NCBI GenBank assembly: GCA_017504545.1 | Contig: JAFVRA010000074.1 | Coordinates: 1 to 41,448, forward strand | Source: Clostridia bacterium | Lineage (GTDB): Bacteria; Bacillota; Clostridia; Oscillospirales; CAG-272 | Direction: 5' to 3' | Length of the DNA: 41,448 bases | Part shown: positions 8,157-16,538 of the stretch, one piece after another | Layout of the letters: the number at the start of each line of letters is the position of its first letter | Position numbering within the stretch: the first letter of the stretch is position 1 | The notes under the pieces: generated by a model | Told to the model about the DNA's origin: nothing | The model's input: the letters and a program-made list of their open reading frames with translations, nothing else | The model's database searches: none | Translations under genes and position numbers: made by a program

Positions 8157-8726
8157 TCATCTTTCTATTATTTTGACGTTTGTAGGCATAATGCCCGCCT
8201 GCTCGTAGACGATCTCGTTTATCTGCGAGATCTGAGACGCCTGAAGACCGTCGCTCCTTACGACGATGCTTGCGCTCTCTCCGCTGATGACCGCCACGCA
8301 CTCCTCAAAGCCCTTGGCAACGATGAGAGTCTCGATATTTGCCTCTGCCTCCATCACGCGAGCGAGGTTATTGATCTCGGCAAGCGCCTCGTTCTTTGCG
8401 GTCTCTGTCGCTGAATCGTTGTCAACTACCGACTGAAGTACCTCAAGAGCCTCGTCGCGATTTCGCTGACGGCTGAGCTGAACGGTCGAGAAATAGCTGT
8501 CGGTGTTATTTGCATCGGTGCCCGTGGGGGTGCTGTCGGTAGAATCGGGCTTGAGTCCTGTGCCCTGACTATAATCAAAGCCCTTGTCGTCAGCACCGCC
8601 AAATATGCTGATAGCCACGATCAACGCCACCGCAACGACAACGAAGGCGCCTGCTATCATCATATTTTTCTTTCCTACCTTGCGGCAGAATCCCGTGAAT
8701 TTTTCCTTTAGTTTTTCCATTTTCAT
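8157..8726 (-). CDS. spoIIIAH: Stage III sporulation protein AH
   Basis: 189 aa with an N-terminal TM. The C-terminus ...EANIETLIVAKGFEECVAVISGESASIVVRSDGL..QISQINEIVYEQAGI is typical of SpoIIIAH. Last gene in the conserved AA-AH order. Confidence 0.85.
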   Translation of the reverse strand: MKMEKLKEKFTGFCRKVGKKNMMIAGAFVVVAVALIVAISIFGGADDKGFDYSQGTGLKPDSTDSTPTGTDANNTDSYFSTVQLSRQRNRDEALEVLQSVVDNDSATETAKNEALAEINNLARVMEAEANIETLIVAKGFEECVAVISGESASIVVRSDGLQASQISQINEIVYEQAGIMPTNVKIIER

Positions 8727-8801
8727 AAATAAGCTCCTCCAAAAGTTTGTTTGTACTACGCTACACTATATGGACTTTGTCCGTCAAATATGACAGTCGC
8801 T

Positions 8802-9299
8802 TCAGCTTCCCGTCACAAAAATTTTATTGGTGCTGACGTCAAACGCCGATGACACTACCGATATGACGTTTTCACGGCAGAGAGGATCGTCTCCGCCCGA
8901 GCAGACGATACCGATACCCGCGATCTTAGGATTTTCGTAGCCGATAAGCAGGGCGCGCTCGCCCGATCCGCTACCGAGAGTGACTGTCTGCTTTTTTGAC
9001 GCCGAGCCGCCTGCCTGACTGTCTGTCGCGTAGATAGCCCTGTAGCCGCCCTCAAGCGTAACGACCGCATAGGCAGAGCCGACGCCGTCGATCTTATTGC
9101 AAAGCTCCTCCACCTTTTCCTCTATCTCACGGGCATACGCCTCGGGATCGAGCGCTTCAAATCCAACCCCTGAACTTTTCTCAGAGTTATCGTCCCGACA
9201 GTTGCTCATAAATATAAGAAGAACGCCTACGAGCGCGCAGAGGATCGCTGCCGTCACCGCTCGCTTCCCGAAAATGCCGTTAGTTGTATTTTTCTGCAT
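8802..9299 (-). CDS. spoIIIAG: Stage III sporulation protein AG
   Basis: 165 aa with one TM. GVGSAYAVVTLEGG ... KIAGIGIVCSGGDDP..ENVISVVSSAFDVSTNKIFV is typical of SpoIIIAG. Confidence 0.85.
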   Translation of the reverse strand: MQKNTTNGIFGKRAVTAAILCALVGVLLIFMSNCRDDNSEKSSGVGFEALDPEAYAREIEEKVEELCNKIDGVGSAYAVVTLEGGYRAIYATDSQAGGSASKKQTVTLGSGSGERALLIGYENPKIAGIGIVCSGGDDPLCRENVISVVSSAFDVSTNKIFVTGS

Positions 9300-9355
9300 A
9301 CATCTGTACCTACGCTTTCTTTTTAATACACCATTTCTTTGATTTATATATTGTA

Positions 9356-9850
9356 TTATTTATCACTTTTATAAATAACCACACATTCGCACCCAAGGCG
9401 CTCGGAGATATAATTTTCCATGAAATGCGGATCAAGCGCAAGTCCCGATGGGTATATTATTATCTCGGTGCGCTCTATGTATATTTCGCCACTTTTATGA
9501 CCTGCAACTATTTTCAGGTCTATATCCTCACCATCGCCGCCAAGCGCTTGTAATATCTCACTTTTTAATTTATTTTCCGCCTCGCGAGTACCCGCATCAA
9601 CAATCGCATTATTGTAAATTTCCTCATAATTTTGTGTATTTTCCTCGCCCCATGAGAGCATCTCAGATATACCGTCCGCATCCATCTCCCATCCGTCAAG
9701 AAACGAGAAGAGAGGCATTATTATACATCCCGTGACGGCGAGCGAGACGAGAAGCCTTAGATACCTCTGCCCACTTCCCTCGGGGGCGAGCGATACCAGA
9801 GTTCCGCCTATGAAGATAACAGTTATGACTACAGCAAAATATTCCTTCAT
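9356..9850 (-). CDS. spoIIIAF: Stage III sporulation protein AF
   Basis: ORF trimmed to ATG 9850 (MKEYFAVVITVIFIGG..., two N-terminal TM segments). The ATG overlaps the spoIIIAE TGA by 1 nt. Size and position fit SpoIIIAF. Confidence 0.75.
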   Translation of the reverse strand: MKEYFAVVITVIFIGGTLVSLAPEGSGQRYLRLLVSLAVTGCIIMPLFSFLDGWEMDADGISEMLSWGEENTQNYEEIYNNAIVDAGTREAENKLKSEILQALGGDGEDIDLKIVAGHKSGEIYIERTEIIIYPSGLALDPHFMENYISERLGCECVVIYKSDK

Positions 9851-10995
9851 CACGCCACCGCCACCACAGTCTGTGTGAATATACAAAGCGAGAGGACAAA
9901 GGTGACCGCAACTCCGCTTATGACCGCAAGCATACATCCGTAGACCTCGCCGAGATTTTCAAGCAATCTCGCCTCGGCAGGACAGCCGAGGATATCGGCA
10001 AGACCTCCCGTAAGCAAAAAAACGAAGCGGGTGAGCAGCACCGAAAGCCCCACGGGCAAAAGCAGCAGAAGGATCATAATTATCCCACCGACGCCGAGAA
10101 CGCTTTTCAGATACGTGACTCCCCCTGCCACCGTGCGTAATGTCTCTCCTACTCCACCGCCAAGCACGGGAATAACGCTTCCGCTTACGAGACGCGCGGT
10201 GCGCGCCGTGGTACTGTCCGCCGCCGAGCTTATGGCGGTCTGCGCCGACATTGAGGACAGAAGCACGGTCATAATTAGCCCGAGGAAAAATCCGTAGATC
10301 TTTTTTATCGCGGCGAGAAGTCTGCCTGTCCTCATCTCATCTGACAACGCGTCGCAGAGACCGAGAATGCTCATTATCGCGGCTACCGGTATTATGCTTT
10401 TAGCGAAAAGCTTGTTGCATATACCGAGAGCGAGATAAAAAGACGCGCTTCCGCTCGCGGCGGTACTGACGTTGCCCCCCATCGCCCACACGCTCGCGGT
10501 TATCGGTATCATTCCCTCCATAAGCGAGCTCACCGATGAAAAGAAGCGCTCGATAGCCTCAAAATGCGAGTACTGAGCGTATATTACGCTGACGAATAGC
10601 GCGCCCGACGAGCAAAATCGCACTGCCGAGCCGAGCGCACCGTTGCCAATAGACGCGCCCGCCGAGGAAAATACCGCTCCGAGCACGAGTATCGCGCATA
10701 TTCCGCACGCCAGCTTCAGCGCTCCCTCAAGCTCTATCCCGAACACTCTCGCTATCTCCCCGAGAATATATTCAGCACCACTCATCTCCTCCACCGCCTC
10801 ACCAAAGCTCTGGCTGCTGTCAAGCGCGCCGTCGGGCAGGCGCTCTGCAGACTCGGGCGGAATGCTCTCAAAAAAGTCGCTCCAGAGCTTCTCGTCGCTC
10901 TCTATCGCTTGTCCCTCCGCCGATATCTCGAAGATGCAAAAAAGCGCGAGTACCATTGCAAACATTAGGGTACCGAGCGTTTTTAATACTCTCAT
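9850..10995 (-). CDS. spoIIIAE: Stage III sporulation protein AE (polytopic membrane protein)
   Basis: 381 aa with a signal-like N-terminus and many hydrophobic segments. Lies between AD and AF. Confidence 0.85.
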   Translation of the reverse strand: MRVLKTLGTLMFAMVLALFCIFEISAEGQAIESDEKLWSDFFESIPPESAERLPDGALDSSQSFGEAVEEMSGAEYILGEIARVFGIELEGALKLACGICAILVLGAVFSSAGASIGNGALGSAVRFCSSGALFVSVIYAQYSHFEAIERFFSSVSSLMEGMIPITASVWAMGGNVSTAASGSASFYLALGICNKLFAKSIIPVAAIMSILGLCDALSDEMRTGRLLAAIKKIYGFFLGLIMTVLLSSMSAQTAISSAADSTTARTARLVSGSVIPVLGGGVGETLRTVAGGVTYLKSVLGVGGIIMILLLLLPVGLSVLLTRFVFLLTGGLADILGCPAEARLLENLGEVYGCMLAVISGVAVTFVLSLCIFTQTVVAVA

Positions 10996-11033
10996 TTTTC
11001 GCCTTCCCTTCTCTTTTTTCTACCTCTCTTTGC

Positions 11034-11450
11034 CTATCGGCTCATCCCGAGTATCTCACCCGCGAGCGAGAGAATGTCACTGAGCATCGGCAGAGAAAGC
11101 GAGAAGATAACTATCCGTCCCACGCTCTCCACCCCCGACGCCAAGGTCTGCTCGCCGCAGTCTCTGCAGATATCCGCGCAAAATCTTCCGAGCAGAGCAA
11201 CCCCCAAGCCCTTGAGCATCACCCCGAAGGCATCTGCCGCAAAGCCGTTGCCTGAAGCCGTAGTCGCCACCGCGCGAAGCGCGTCCACGCTCTCGCCGAA
11301 TATAAGCAGAAATATTCCAAAAAGCAGTACCGCGCCGCCTATCCTCAGCGCAAATCCGTATCCGCCCGCAACCCTTCCTATCACAGCAAGGCAGAGCGCC
11401 ACAAGGACTCCGACGCCGCAGGCTCGCATCATTATCTCAAAGCTATCCAT
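11034..11450 (-). CDS. spoIIIAD: Stage III sporulation protein AD
   Basis: 138 aa, four hydrophobic segments. Size and order fit. Confidence 0.8.
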   Translation of the reverse strand: MDSFEIMMRACGVGVLVALCLAVIGRVAGGYGFALRIGGAVLLFGIFLLIFGESVDALRAVATTASGNGFAADAFGVMLKGLGVALLGRFCADICRDCGEQTLASGVESVGRIVIFSLSLPMLSDILSLAGEILGMSR

Positions 11451-11455
11451 AACTC

Positions 11456-11662
11456 TCAGAGTCCGAAAACGCTCTGTACCGTCTCAAGCAGCAAGCCTAT
11501 CTCCTCAACGAGCATAAGCATTACCACCACGATACCCCCGACGGTCACGAGCATCGCCTGCTCGTCCTTTCCCGACTTAGTCAGTATCGAGGATATCACC
11601 GACACCAACACCCCTACGCCTGCTATCTTAAGTACAAGTCCGATATCTATATCCATGTCCAC
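11456..11662 (-). CDS. spoIIIAC: Stage III sporulation protein AC
   Basis: 68 aa, two TM segments (LVLKIAGVGVLVSVISSIL, GGIVVVMLMLV). Size and order fit. Confidence 0.8.
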   Translation of the reverse strand: MDMDIDIGLVLKIAGVGVLVSVISSILTKSGKDEQAMLVTVGGIVVVMLMLVEEIGLLLETVQSVFGL

Positions 11663-11683
11663 CCTTCCTTTTCCTTCTCACAC

Positions 11684-12154
11684 TCACAGCGCGAGTATGA
11701 GCACAGCGAGCAACGCAGACGCCGAAAGCACGAGCGTGAGCTTTTTCTCGATCGGCAGGCGCGAGGCTATATCCCGCTCGCGCTCGCTCATCAGTATCAA
11801 AAATTCCTCGCACCGCCGTACCTGCTCGGTGCGGTAGCTGCTCCCGACGTCCTCTGCAAAATCATAAAAGAGCCTCTCTGCCTCGGCATCAGTTATCTCT
11901 ATCGAGCGGCATAGCTCCAAAAAATCGCTCGGCGGCTCATTGCCCTCGTATCCGCAAAGCGTGAGTATCTCGTGCGGACACCTGCTAAGTATCTCCGCGC
12001 ATGGCATCGAGTAGTTCTCTATCTGCCCCTTAACATATCGCAAAAGGGCGCAAAGTCCTCTTACGACCGCAAGCCTTTTACTGATAGCCTTAAGCCTGTG
12101 TGAGCAGAGGTATATTCCGCTCAGAATAAGGATCAGAGCTCCTACCGCCTTCAA
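11684..12154 (-). CDS. spoIIIAB: Stage III sporulation protein AB (start uncertain)
   Basis: The C-terminal ~156 aa of ORF 11684..12361. The best start is TTG 12154, 12 nt after AAGGAGG, giving (M)KAVGALILILSG..., which resembles the canonical SpoIIIAB N-terminal TM. The alternative ATG 12247 would overlap spoIIIAA by 158 nt. Confidence 0.7.
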   Translation of the reverse strand: MKAVGALILILSGIYLCSHRLKAISKRLAVVRGLCALLRYVKGQIENYSMPCAEILSRCPHEILTLCGYEGNEPPSDFLELCRSIEITDAEAERLFYDFAEDVGSSYRTEQVRRCEEFLILMSERERDIASRLPIEKKLTLVLSASALLAVLILAL

Positions 12155-13115
12155 GTATATCCTCAACCTCCTTACGAGAATGTACGGCGCAATCAAATCC
12201 GCCCCTTGAGATACGGACGCCGAGATAAAGTCCGAATGCTCTAACATCGTGCAAGGAGCGCAACGATGGGCGCCGAAGCAATGCCCCCACCGACTCACCG
12301 TGTGCCGAGGCGATGAGCGGAACACCGCAGTTCTGCGCCTCGCAGATGGCAGAAACGTCATCCTCGGAGCCGATCTCGTCGCAAATGATCACCTCAGGGT
12401 TCATAAACGCTGTCGCTATAGCTATCCCCTGCGCCTTGGGATAGCCTATGAGCACGTCCGCGGAAAGCTCGCTTGATACTGCGTGCGGCGCGAGCTCCTC
12501 ACGCGTATCCACTATGACCGTGCGAAGCGGCGAGGCACCGCAGGAAAGAGCTCTGCCAAGATAGCGCAGCACTGTCGTCTTTCCCTCTGCGGGCGGCGAG
12601 TAGACGAGCACGCCTTCTCCAAGTCGTAAGCTCCGCCGTATGCGAGACAGCACTCTCTCATCAAGCGGCACATCGGCGCACGGCAGACGGATGTTCAACG
12701 AGGATACATCGTAAATGCCGAGTATCCTGCCGCTCTCAGTCGCGGCGCGTCCGCAAACTCCTACTCTGATTCCACCGCCGAGTGACACGAAGCCCTTTAT
12801 GATGCTCTCGCTGTAGCTGTAAAGCGAACCGCCGCACATCTGCTTTAGTATCGGGGCAAGCTCACCCGCACCGATAAAGCTCTCGAGTATGATATTTTTC
12901 TTTCCCTCGCGTGCGCCGACCGTCAGATACACTCGCCGCCCGCCGCGAAGCCTTATCTCCTCTATCTGCCGTCCGCTGACCGATGCAAAATCCCGAAGCT
13001 CAGAGGCAAGTCCGACGGGAAGGAACGGGAGAACACGGAAAAGAGCCTCGCCCTCCGCCCTTGACCCTTGCTCCACCGAGCGATTTAGTTTATTCTGCAA
13101 AATAACAGTCGCCAT
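12090..13115 (-). CDS. spoIIIAA: Stage III sporulation protein AA (AAA-type ATPase)
   Basis: 341 aa. P-loop SPPAEGKTTVLRYL, Walker B VIICDEIG, first gene of the operon. RBS GAGGAAG before ATG 13115. Confidence 0.85.
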   Translation of the reverse strand: MATVILQNKLNRSVEQGSRAEGEALFRVLPFLPVGLASELRDFASVSGRQIEEIRLRGGRRVYLTVGAREGKKNIILESFIGAGELAPILKQMCGGSLYSYSESIIKGFVSLGGGIRVGVCGRAATESGRILGIYDVSSLNIRLPCADVPLDERVLSRIRRSLRLGEGVLVYSPPAEGKTTVLRYLGRALSCGASPLRTVIVDTREELAPHAVSSELSADVLIGYPKAQGIAIATAFMNPEVIICDEIGSEDDVSAICEAQNCGVPLIASAHGESVGALLRRPSLRSLHDVRAFGLYLGVRISRGGFDCAVHSRKEVEDILEGGRSSDPYSERNIPLLTQA

Positions 13116-13178
13116 AATCTTCCTCTACGTATTTTCACGGGGTATCCCCATCCTTTTTTCAAAAAATCATCTGTAAAG

Positions 13179-13207
13179 ATTCTATGCGCGACGGGATGTG
13201 TATATTA
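13179..13207 (-). promoter_or_regulatory. SigmaE-type (mother-cell) promoter of the spoIIIA operon
   Basis: Minus strand reads TAATATA-N14-CATAGAAT. Against the sigmaE consensus ZHATAXX-N14-CATACAHT this is one mismatch. It lies 64 nt upstream of the spoIIIAA ATG. Confidence 0.5.
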
Positions 13208-13427
13208 CCTTATTTTTACAGCGACATTTGTGTCGTACCGCAAAATACGGCATTTTTATCAAAATTTTGACACTATATGTTGTGCCGTTCACGGTTTGTT
13301 AATAGTTTTTTAATAATATATTGTTGTAAATTGTATATAAGTATGGTAGAATATTGTATGGTGTATAATGCTGTGCATTTTACAGTTGTATCTATTCACA
13401 TTACATATACTAATTTCGGAGGTATCT

Positions 13428-15287
13428 ATGCTTAAAAACAGTTCTATGCGCCCTGCATACGCGACTGTCGGCTCGCAGAGCAACGGCAGCAAGGTGTCGG
13501 CAAGCGAGTACGTTTCCTTCGCGGCAGGACAGGTAGAGGACGATTTCAACTCCTTTGGAGACACGTCCGCTAAATCAGGCGCATCAGCTCAAAGGCCCAG
13601 ACAGCAGCAGCAAAGAAGACCGCGCCCCTCTAATACCCCCAGAAGAAAAAGCAACCCTCTTTCCAATCTGGATCCTAAGGTAATCATCATCGGCGTGGCG
13701 GCACTCGTTGCGGTTATCCTGCTTATATGTCTTCTCGTTGCGGTGTTCTCCTCTCCCAATAAGGCTATCGAGAAGGAAGACAACGTTTACAAGGTCTATA
13801 TGACCGCGGACGGCGCAAGCTACGGCATCATTTCAAACGGCAAGAAGGTCGAGCACGTATTTGACGGCGAGATCGAGCTTTATCCCGCTAAGGACTACTC
13901 CTTTGCGTACGTATTCGAGGAAGCCATCACCGACGACGGCAACACCGTTACCAGAATGTACATACTCGACGGCAAGGATCTCGATCTCGTTCAGGCTGAC
14001 GCCGACAAGGTCATCGCGTGGGCAGATTACGAGCCCGGTATCGTCTTCAAGGAAGGCGACGTGGTTCAGTTCTACTCCGAGGATGCGTTTGAGGACATCT
14101 CCAGCGACACCTCCGCGTCTAACTTCATAGTATCGGGCGACGCAAGCACGGTAGTATACACCGAGCTTTCGGGCAGAGACCGCGATACCACCACCGTTAA
14201 ATACTTCCGCAACGCAGGATTTAACGACATCGGCGAGACCGAGGGCCTCATTCCCACGGCTATCTCCAACGACGGTACCTACGTTTACGTTTACGACGAG
14301 ACCAATGCACTCTATTACATCGAGGTCTCCAAGCGCGGAGCAAGCTTCGAGCAGAAGCCCATCGTTGCCTCCACCTCTTACACCTACAGCTCTGTCAACG
14401 CGCTCAACGCTGACGGAACCGAGGTAGTATTCAGCTACGTTCACACCAACGGCAAGCTGGTATCTTGGATCTATCAGGTTGGAGACAATAAGCCCGTAGG
14501 CATCGGCGAGGGCGTATTCAAGTACCTCCCCTCCGACAATAAGACCGTATGTCCCGCTTCTCTCATCGACGCTTACTTTACCGCTGAAAAAACGGTAACC
14601 GATGAAGAGGGCAACACCTCTAAGGTAACCTCCACGTACTTCTATGACGGCAAGAGCGCTCGCAAGCTCGCTGACGAGCTCGGTCAGTTCTCCCCCGACG
14701 GTAAGTACTTCTACTACATAGACAAAGAGACGGCTGATTTCGTAAGAGTTCCTCTCGGAAGCAAGAATTTCGAAGAGGACGCTAAGACCGTAGCAAAGGC
14801 TATCGACTCCTTCGTTCTCACCGAGAAGGGCGACCTCTACACCTACAGCAAGCCTACCTCCTCTACAGGCGGCAAGATAGTCTTCAGAAAAGCTTCTGAC
14901 AGCACGTCTAAGGCTGTATCCTCGAGACCCGACTCCGCTTCTATGTTCCTGTGCGGAAGCACGATCTACTTCTCCGAGACCACAAATGGCGAGATCAAGA
15001 TCTACTCCTCTACCGACGGTGCAACCAAGGAAGAGGTAACGTTTAAGAAGGTACTCTTTGAAACTCCTCTCACCATTGAGATGGGCGCAGGTGAAAAGGG
15101 ATATGCTTACTTCGTTGACTCCAACGGAGACACAAAGCTTCTCTACACCTCCAACGGCAAGACCTTTGATATAGTTCTTGACGCTTGCTTCATTCCCGGA
15201 TACGATTCAGGCTTCACTCCTCCCACTACGGACGAGGACGCGACTGAAGGCGCGACAGACGGCGCAACAGACGGCGAGGCTGAATAA
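13428..15287 (+). CDS. Membrane-anchored hypothetical protein (basic Q/R/P-rich cytoplasmic N-terminus, one TM, large beta-rich extracytoplasmic domain)
   Basis: ORF 13368..15287 trimmed to ATG 13428 (GGAGG 7 nt upstream). TM is VIIIGVAALVAVILLICLLVAVF. Recurrent DG..Y.Y / NG...L.Y strands suggest a propeller-like repeat. The acidic tail is DEDATEGATDGATDGEAE. Confidence 0.75.
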   Translation: MLKNSSMRPAYATVGSQSNGSKVSASEYVSFAAGQVEDDFNSFGDTSAKSGASAQRPRQQQQRRPRPSNTPRRKSNPLSNLDPKVIIIGVAALVAVILLICLLVAVFSSPNKAIEKEDNVYKVYMTADGASYGIISNGKKVEHVFDGEIELYPAKDYSFAYVFEEAITDDGNTVTRMYILDGKDLDLVQADADKVIAWADYEPGIVFKEGDVVQFYSEDAFEDISSDTSASNFIVSGDASTVVYTELSGRDRDTTTVKYFRNAGFNDIGETEGLIPTAISNDGTYVYVYDETNALYYIEVSKRGASFEQKPIVASTSYTYSSVNALNADGTEVVFSYVHTNGKLVSWIYQVGDNKPVGIGEGVFKYLPSDNKTVCPASLIDAYFTAEKTVTDEEGNTSKVTSTYFYDGKSARKLADELGQFSPDGKYFYYIDKETADFVRVPLGSKNFEEDAKTVAKAIDSFVLTEKGDLYTYSKPTSSTGGKIVFRKASDSTSKAVSSRPDSASMFLCGSTIYFSETTNGEIKIYSSTDGATKEEVTFKKVLFETPLTIEMGAGEKGYAYFVDSNGDTKLLYTSNGKTFDIVLDACFIPGYDSGFTPPTTDEDATEGATDGATDGEAE

Positions 15288-15300
15288 TTAACATAAAACT

Positions 15301-15337
15301 AAAAGCTCCGAATTCGCAAGGAATTCGGAGCTTTTTT
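15301..15337 (+). terminator. Rho-independent terminator (copy 1 of a duplicated hairpin)
   Basis: GCTCCGAATTC-gcaa-GGAATTCGGAGC followed by TTTTTT, 14 nt after the stop at 15287. Confidence 0.8.
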
Positions 15338-15393
15338 GTCTATAGAAAAATCACCGTAGAATAGCCGGTGCAAAAAGTTGCACAAAAATAAAA

Positions 15394-15505
15394 GGCTCTC
15401 CCTCCGGGAGAGCTGTCTGCGAATGCAGACTGAGAGGGTCTTTTTAATTAAACTGATTTTCCCTCTCCGGCGGCATACGCCGCCACCTCTCCCAAAGGGC
15501 GAGGC
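15394..15505. repeat. Structured four-hairpin intergenic repeat, copy 1 (MITE/REP-like)
   Basis: - Left arm: GCTCTCCC-tcc-GGGAGAGC and GTCTGC-gaat-GCAGAC, then GAGAGGG.
- AT-rich centre.
- Right arm: CCCTCTC, then GGCGGC-atac-GCCGCC and CCTCTCCC-aaa-GGGCGAGG.
- Same architecture as 29872-29994. Confidence 0.7.
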
Positions 15506-15595
15506 TTTATGTTAGCTCCGAATATTACATTTATAACATTCAACTTGTACAAAAAGTAACAAAAACGCATTTTTGATGTACTTTTTCCTATAAAC

Positions 15596-15631
15596 TAAAA
15601 GCTCCGAATTCGCAAGGAATTCGGAGCTTTT
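15596..15631 (-). terminator. Rho-independent terminator of whiA (copy 2 of the duplicated hairpin)
   Basis: Identical GCTCCGAATTC-gcaa-GGAATTCGGAGC hairpin. A T-run follows on the minus strand (plus-strand aaaa at 15597-15600). It lies 4 nt after the whiA stop. Confidence 0.8.
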
Positions 15632-15634
15632 AGT

Positions 15635-16537
15635 TTATTCTTTTTCATCCGCCTCTTCAAGAAGCCTCGTAAGTCGGCGGTTGAGTCCTGATTTTGAGAT
15701 AGGGGGCTCGTGCATATATGCAAGCTCAAAGAGAGTTGCCGAGGGGTTCTCAAGCCTCAGCTCAGCCGTGTAACGAAGCTCCTCGGGAAGAGAGAAAAGC
15801 TTTCCGCTCTCCGCAAGTCGCTCTATGGCTTCTATCTGACGGTTGGACGCCGCCACCGCCTTAGAGATATTCTTAGTCACGCAGTTGGTGGCTCTGTTCT
15901 CGGCGTTTCGTATATCCCTCTCAATAAAGGTATTAGTCAGCACGAAGCGCGACTGTCCTCCGCCCATATAATTGAGCAGATGGAATATCAGCTCGTTGTG
16001 CTTGTAGTACACGCCGAACTTAGACGCGCGAGTTACTCTTTTGGGCGTAGGAACTACCCGTCCGAGTGCTGACATCAGCTTCTCTGCCCTGACCTCGTCG
16101 GGCAGCGAGAACTCAAGGTGATAGCTCTTTTGCGGGTCGTTCATAGAGCCACAGCCGATGAACACTCCGCGAATAAAGCAACCCGCGCACTCGTCGCACC
16201 GATAGCCTACGAGCTCGTGAAAGAGCCGCCCGTCCTCACTATCACCAAGCGCGCGCACGTAAGAATAGAGTGCCTTTGATACGACCGTGAGCGAGAAGTA
16301 CTCTCTGCCCACGCGCACGTATTCCCTGATCTCAGCGGTGGCTGAGAACTGCCTTGCGAGTATCTCAGCGGCAAGGTCTGCCGCTCTTTTGGTCCTCAGC
16401 TCAAGAAATATTCGGTTTTTTACACTCTCATAAGGTCTTGCCGTAAAGAAAAGACCGTAGAGCAGAGCCTTTCTGCAGCAGGTCTTGGCAGTTCCCGCCG
16501 CGATAAGCTCGTCAATCACTTCGTGTGTAAAGGACAT
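15635..16537 (-). CDS. whiA: DNA-binding protein WhiA
   Basis: 300 aa. MSFTHEVIDELI...KTCCRKALLYGLF N-terminus, LAGLIDADG-like middle (FIRGVFIGCGSMNDPQKSYHLEF), C-terminal HTH (ATLFELAYMHEPPISKSGLNRRLTRL). Confidence 0.9.
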   Translation of the reverse strand: MSFTHEVIDELIAAGTAKTCCRKALLYGLFFTARPYESVKNRIFLELRTKRAADLAAEILARQFSATAEIREYVRVGREYFSLTVVSKALYSYVRALGDSEDGRLFHELVGYRCDECAGCFIRGVFIGCGSMNDPQKSYHLEFSLPDEVRAEKLMSALGRVVPTPKRVTRASKFGVYYKHNELIFHLLNYMGGGQSRFVLTNTFIERDIRNAENRATNCVTKNISKAVAASNRQIEAIERLAESGKLFSLPEELRYTAELRLENPSATLFELAYMHEPPISKSGLNRRLTRLLEEADEKE

Positions 16538-16538
16538 A

